From: an uncultured Muribaculaceae bacterium
GTDB taxonomy: Bacteria; Bacillota_I; Bacilli_A; RF39; UBA660
Assembly (NCBI GenBank): GCA_964422195.1
Contig: CAYRAF010000001.1
Location: 946 to 64,945, forward strand
Direction of reading: 5' to 3'
DNA: 64,000 nucleotides
Position 1 is the first letter of the stretch. Every line of letters begins with the position of its first letter. Made by a program: the position numbers and the translations under genes. Shown here one piece after another: positions 59,048-64,000 of this stretch. Below the pieces are notes generated by a model. It saw nothing but the letters and a program-made list of their open reading frames with translations. It was not told the DNA's origin and made no database searches.

Positions 59048-60241
59048 CTACTTTTTCTTTATATTTTTTAATCCTGGAAGTTCTTTTCCTTCCAAATATG
59101 TAAGTGTAGCACCACCACCAGTAGAAGCATGTGTTACCTTATCCTTATATCCAAGTTCTAAAGCAGCCGCTACTATATCTCCTCCACCTAAAATACTAAT
59201 TGCTTTGGTATTAACAACCTTATCTAAAATAGCTTTAGTTCCTTTAGAAAAATTTTCTTTTTCATAGACCCCAAGAGGTCCATTCCATAAAATGGTTTTA
59301 GCCTCTTCTATATAACTACTAAATAGATCTATAGTTTTATCACCAATATCTACTCCTTCTAAAGAAGAATCAATATTTGTAACATTAGAAATCTTAACTA
59401 TTTTATTACTTTCTATATCATCTGTTAATACTGTATCAACTGGTAGAACTATTTTGTCTTTGTATTTAGATAACATTTCCTTACAGAACTCTATATTATC
59501 ACTATCTAACAATGATTTACCAATATCATAACCTAAAGCTTTTAAAAAGGTATAACTCATTCCTCCACCTATTAATATTTTATTAGCTTTATTAACTAAG
59601 TTAGTAATAACGCCTATTTTATCACTAACCTTTGATCCTCCTAATATAACTATAAATGGTTCTTCAGGATTATTTAATTTAGAAAGTTCTTTTAACTCCT
59701 TTTCAACAAGAAATCCAATACCACTTTCTAAATAAGTAGAAATACCAACATTAGAAGCATGTTCTCTATGAATAGTACCAAATGCATCATTTATAAATAC
59801 ATCACCTAAGGATGCCCAATATTTACCAAGTTCTATATCATTAGAACTCTCTTTCTTACCATCTAAATCCTCATATCTAGTATTTTCCATTAATAATACA
59901 TCACCATTATTTAAACTATTAATTGCATCTTCCAATTCTTTGCCTCTAGTTTTATCAATAAAAATGACTTCTTTATTTAATAATTCACTTAATCTAATAG
60001 ATACTATTTTTAAACTATTATTAGCTAAATCTTCTTTTTCTTTAATTCTTCCAAGATGTGACATCAAAATAATTTTAGCACCTTCACCTATTGCATACTT
60101 AATAGTCTCTAAACTTCCTACTATCCTATTATCATCTATAATTTTACTATTCTTTATAGGAACATTATAATCACATCTAATAATAACTTTCTTATTCTTA
60201 ATATTTATATCTCTTATCGTCTTATACATTTTCTTCACCAT
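59048..60241 (-). CDS. pgk: Phosphoglycerate kinase
   Basis: RCDYNVP and GGGASLE-like motifs. 397 aa. Confidence 0.9.
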   Translation of the reverse strand: MVKKMYKTIRDINIKNKKVIIRCDYNVPIKNSKIIDDNRIVGSLETIKYAIGEGAKIILMSHLGRIKEKEDLANNSLKIVSIRLSELLNKEVIFIDKTRGKELEDAINSLNNGDVLLMENTRYEDLDGKKESSNDIELGKYWASLGDVFINDAFGTIHREHASNVGISTYLESGIGFLVEKELKELSKLNNPEEPFIVILGGSKVSDKIGVITNLVNKANKILIGGGMSYTFLKALGYDIGKSLLDSDNIEFCKEMLSKYKDKIVLPVDTVLTDDIESNKIVKISNVTNIDSSLEGVDIGDKTIDLFSSYIEEAKTILWNGPLGVYEKENFSKGTKAILDKVVNTKAISILGGGDIVAAALELGYKDKVTHASTGGGATLTYLEGKELPGLKNIKKK

Positions 60242-60291
60242 AATTATTATATCATTTTAATAAACAAAAAAAAAGATATGAATACTCATAT

Positions 60292-63200
60292 CTATTTTTT
60301 TATCTCTATATTTAATTTACCAGATATATGGAATATATCATTACTATATATTACTACTGGTTCAAATACATATCTACCATTGTTAGTAGCAACAAAAGGA
60401 ATATTAATATCAACTTTCTTTTGTTTTGGTGATACAGTTATAACTAAATAATTATTTTTAACATCACTAACATAATAATTATCATTTAATTTTAACTCTT
60501 CACTATTATAAGCAAGTCCTCTAGGTATAACTATTTTTATATCGCTATATTCTTTAGAATTATTAGTATATTTAACGTTTAAATTAACTTCTTCATTTTT
60601 ATTAACTTTATTTTTGATGCTTGTTTTAACATCTTTCTTAATTTTATTAGAAGATATTTCATCTATAGAAGTTGTATAATAATAACTTACTTTTAAGTTT
60701 TTAGAAGCATTTTCAAACTTTAATGTATCTAAATCTTTATTATTTAAAGTTATTTCTTTAACCTTAAATCCATTAACACTAACTTTCTCTTTATTTTTTC
60801 CATAATTAACAGTTATAGTTTTTTTAACTTCAATATCACTTGTACTATGTTCTAAATAAGATATAATAGCAAAATTTAAATATGTACTTGTACTATTTTT
60901 TTGAATTAATAAGTCTATGATATTTGCAGCATTTCCTTTATCTACCATACTAGCAAGAATAGAAATAAGTGAAGATATATCATCATTTTCAATTTTATTT
61001 TTACCTACATATATTTCGTTATCCTTTATTTTTACTTTTAGTGATTTATATATAGATTTAGCATTATCATAATCTCCTGAGAATGCATACGCTAAAGCTA
61101 ATGTAACATTTTCTTCTATATCCCTATCTTTATCTTTAGTTTTTAAAGTATCTAAATCTTCAAGTATAGCCTCAGAACTTGCAGCTTTATATAAATATAA
61201 TCTATATTTATTTTTTAAATTATTATCTAACTTATTAATATAATCTGTGCTTATATCAATTGATTCTCCATAGTAACTCAAGAAATATAAATTAGCATAT
61301 TTCTTTGTAATAGCTGTTAATAATAAATCACCAGTGTTTTCCTTACCGTACTTAGTTACTAATCCATCATAAATATAATTATCAAGATTTGGATATACAT
61401 AATCATTATCATCATCATTGTAATATTTTTGATTTAATCTAGAAGCTTCATAATAACCTATTTGAGTATCAACTCTAACATTAAAGTTCTTTTGTAATGT
61501 ATCAATATATTTTAAATATTTTTCTAAATTATTATCATATATTTCTAATTTAATAGGGCTCTTAGTAGCTTTTATGTTAGTTTTATCTATAATATCAACT
61601 GTTGTCTTATCAGGAACTTCTTGTGTATAACCAACTATCTTAACTGTATACTTGATAGCATCTGATAATTCTCCATTTTTAGCACTTATCTTAACTTCAT
61701 ACTCACCAACATCAAATTTGCCAAAATTAGCACTTACGTATTCATCAACAATACCATCTACATTTTGTTTTTTACCATTAACTTCAAATGTATATTTAAC
61801 ATCATCCTTTGCTTTTTTTCCATGACTTATAGCATTTATTACTAAATCATCACTATATTTAACACCTGTTGGAGTTACACTTTCTATGAAGAAATCATTA
61901 GTTGATACTATTGTCTTAGTATTAACACCAACATAATCATCTTTATTGGCAGCATGTACAGTTATTCTAAATTTAGTTATATTGTCTGGAAGTTTAAACT
62001 TAACAGTTGCAGTTCCATTTTTCTTAGTTTCAACAGTAGTAAAGAACGCTGTATCTTTAAAGACGCCTCTATAATTCTGTTCTCCTCCTGTAGATCCTCT
62101 TCCCCCTGGTGGTAATAAATAATAATCTCTATCTGTAGACATTTGATACATGTCATAATATCTATCAGCAAATAATGTTTCTAAAATACTTGTATCATCT
62201 TCCTTAATATTAAATATTGCTTCATCTACAACACTAATATTTAATTGAGTTTTAAGCCCTTTATTATTTTTATCTTTAACATTAACTGTTACTTCTACTT
62301 CATCACCAGGCTTATATTCCTCTTTGTCAGTTTTAACATCAACTGTCAATTTCTTGTTTTCTTCATTAAAATCAACATAATTTCTAACTATACTGTAAAC
62401 CTTACCATCTTTTAGATAAGCCCCTGCAATATTAACTCCAGGATATAAATCATTAGTAAATTTAAATGACAAACTATCTTTTGTAACAAGTGAAGTATTC
62501 TTAATTTGCTCTTTATAGAAAACCGTTAATACCGTACCCTCATTTTCTATTTCTTTATAACTATTATCTGTTAACGTATAAGACACTTTATCTCCAACGT
62601 TTGCCTTATCACCATTGACCTTGAATACATAACTATAAGGATAAATCTCTCCATAATCATAATAATCCCCATTATAATTATCATAATCTAATTCATAAAA
62701 ATAATCTGTATATTGATATTCTCTACCTTTAGAATCTTTAATTGTCATACGGGCATAATAATCAACTGTTTTGTTTTCTTCATTTACTGGAGTGTAATTT
62801 AAATCCTTAATAGTATATTTACCATCTTTTAATTTAACATTATAAGTTTTTACTAAATCCTCTGTACTTTCCCAATTATATTCTTTTTCCATCTTGCCAG
62901 AGTACTCATTATAATATTCACCACTTTCTATTCCGCGTGATTCATATTTATATATTTCAACTTTAACATCAGTATTATAAGCTTCTTTTACAAACTTATC
63001 ATAATCCCACCATAAGTATTCTTCTTTTTCTATTTTAGCTGTATCCCATTTATTGGCTTTAATTGTTAAACTAAAATCTCCTTTTTTTCCGCTTATAGTA
63101 CTATATGAGTATATATCATAATTTAATACATTAATATTAGTACTAGCAAAAGGAACAAAGTTTTCATCCTCATAGTTACCAGTATATACATATAATTCAT

Positions 63201-64000
63201 AATTACTAACAGCAATATCCTTTTCAAAAGGTGCATTTATTTCAAAATGAGCAACACCTTGCGCATCAGTAACAGCCTTATAATCCCTATCATTAAAACG
63301 AGCTTTTACTGATTTATTTTTAACTTTAATACCAGTAATATGAGTTACTGTTACATCAAAACTAATTTTTTCACCAACACTATATGTATTTTTCTTAATA
63401 TCAAGATCATATTCATATGTTGGTTTAACATAATTATAAATTGATACATCTCTAGTTGCTAATAAGCTATCATTATATAAAAGACTTATAGTATAGAATT
63501 CACTATCAACATTATTTTTTAAATCTATTGTTGTATTAAATGTTCCATCTTTATTTAAAGAAATTCTCTTTTTAAATCCAGAATATTCTAATACAAAATT
63601 ATTTGATATTTTATCAATAAATTGGTTTTGTGGAACATATCCCCATACTTGTATAGTATCTTCATTTTTATAAAGTGGTCTATCAGTATAAATATAGGCA
63701 TTAGGATAATTGTTAATATCATAATTAGCTACTTCTACTAATATAGGATTTTTAGAATTACTATCAATAGTAATATAAGTATTATTGTTTTTATTATTGT
63801 TGATACTTGTAAATTTAGCAATACCATTTTTATCAGATTTAATAGTTTTTCCATTAAATTCCACAGGTATAGATGTTTTTACTTTACCATCTTTTATAGT
63901 CCATACTAAAGTATCTCTTTCAGTATTAATAACATATCCTTGTATATCACTAACTTGAATATATTGATAACCAACCCGTCCATTTAAAACTATTTTTGCA
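60292..64000 (-). CDS. Alpha-2-macroglobulin-family-like giant surface protein (thioester Cys absent). The N-terminus lies beyond the window edge.
   Basis: More than 1200 aa of MG-like beta-rich repeats. GGEQ in place of CGEQ. A helical TED-like segment follows. The ORF continues in frame to the window end. Confidence 0.45.
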   Translation of the reverse strand, partial: AKIVLNGRVGYQYIQVSDIQGYVINTERDTLVWTIKDGKVKTSIPVEFNGKTIKSDKNGIAKFTSINNNKNNNTYITIDSNSKNPILVEVANYDINNYPNAYIYTDRPLYKNEDTIQVWGYVPQNQFIDKISNNFVLEYSGFKKRISLNKDGTFNTTIDLKNNVDSEFYTISLLYNDSLLATRDVSIYNYVKPTYEYDLDIKKNTYSVGEKISFDVTVTHITGIKVKNKSVKARFNDRDYKAVTDAQGVAHFEINAPFEKDIAVSNYELYVYTGNYEDENFVPFASTNINVLNYDIYSYSTISGKKGDFSLTIKANKWDTAKIEKEEYLWWDYDKFVKEAYNTDVKVEIYKYESRGIESGEYYNEYSGKMEKEYNWESTEDLVKTYNVKLKDGKYTIKDLNYTPVNEENKTVDYYARMTIKDSKGREYQYTDYFYELDYDNYNGDYYDYGEIYPYSYVFKVNGDKANVGDKVSYTLTDNSYKEIENEGTVLTVFYKEQIKNTSLVTKDSLSFKFTNDLYPGVNIAGAYLKDGKVYSIVRNYVDFNEENKKLTVDVKTDKEEYKPGDEVEVTVNVKDKNNKGLKTQLNISVVDEAIFNIKEDDTSILETLFADRYYDMYQMSTDRDYYLLPPGGRGSTGGEQNYRGVFKDTAFFTTVETKKNGTATVKFKLPDNITKFRITVHAANKDDYVGVNTKTIVSTNDFFIESVTPTGVKYSDDLVINAISHGKKAKDDVKYTFEVNGKKQNVDGIVDEYVSANFGKFDVGEYEVKISAKNGELSDAIKYTVKIVGYTQEVPDKTTVDIIDKTNIKATKSPIKLEIYDNNLEKYLKYIDTLQKNFNVRVDTQIGYYEASRLNQKYYNDDDNDYVYPNLDNYIYDGLVTKYGKENTGDLLLTAITKKYANLYFLSYYGESIDISTDYINKLDNNLKNKYRLYLYKAASSEAILEDLDTLKTKDKDRDIEENVTLALAYAFSGDYDNAKSIYKSLKVKIKDNEIYVGKNKIENDDISSLISILASMVDKGNAANIIDLLIQKNSTSTYLNFAIISYLEHSTSDIEVKKTITVNYGKNKEKVSVNGFKVKEITLNNKDLDTLKFENASKNLKVSYYYTTSIDEISSNKIKKDVKTSIKNKVNKNEEVNLNVKYTNNSKEYSDIKIVIPRGLAYNSEELKLNDNYYVSDVKNNYLVITVSPKQKKVDINIPFVATNNGRYVFEPVVIYSNDIFHISGKLNIEIKK

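Noticed and set aside
1-64000. Mollicutes genetic code (TGA read as Trp)
   Set aside because: The long conserved enzymes (gap, pgk, nrdD, addA) are full length under the standard code with TGG Trp, so translation table 11 applies despite the very low GC.

Overview
This is an AT-rich (about 25-28% GC), low-GC Firmicutes chromosomal segment. It uses the standard genetic code: conserved Trp-containing enzymes such as gap and pgk read through intact. The gene content (spo0A, cdaA-cdaR, addAB, the rplM-rpsI-truA neighbourhood, and a tmRNA whose tag ends in AFA) points to an Erysipelotrichia- or Clostridia-like, Mollicutes-related spore-former.

Most of the window is housekeeping: nrdD, dut, htrA, gap, pgk, tpiA, gpmI, clpP, dinB, cdd, ssrA, an ABC exporter, M18 aminopeptidase, etc. 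Several things stand out.

(1) A small accessory island at 14.3-18.4 kb, immediately downstream of rplM-rpsI. It holds five small nucleoside- or small-molecule-modifying enzymes (SDR, SAM-MTase, deoxyribosyltransferase-like, guanine deaminase, histidine phosphatase). Three of them each carry a copy of the same ~120-bp leader/promoter module, which contains 11-bp-periodic GTAGGCTAC palindromes. The 3' end of rpsI plus its terminator is duplicated inside the island.

(2) Inside that island is an unannotated 29-codon hydrophobic ORF that looks like a type I toxin-antitoxin locus. It has its own promoter, an SD sequestered by an anti-SD hairpin, 12-bp 5'/3' terminal complementarity, and a convergent antisense promoter plus terminator. 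The locus is bracketed by 25-bp direct repeats.

(3) An FNR-type palindrome sits exactly at -41.5 of the nrdD promoter, next to a divergent Crp/Fnr-family regulator gene.

(4) cdd is frameshifted.

(5) The two EcfA-like ATPases beside truA have degenerate catalytic motifs, and no ecfT is present.

(6) An RpoD-like sigma factor carries an insertion of about 330 aa between regions 3 and 4.

(7) An Abi_2-family gene is translationally coupled to htrA.

(8) A YdjG/YdjI-like zinc-ribbon plus SPFH/SHOCT membrane-stress pair is present without pspA.

(9) A dinD-like/dinB operon has a Cheo-box-like site upstream.

(10) The glycolytic genes are dispersed and interleaved with spo0A, an AAA/DUF4143 ATPase and a GT4/flippase pair.

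No transposase, integrase or CRISPR array was seen.
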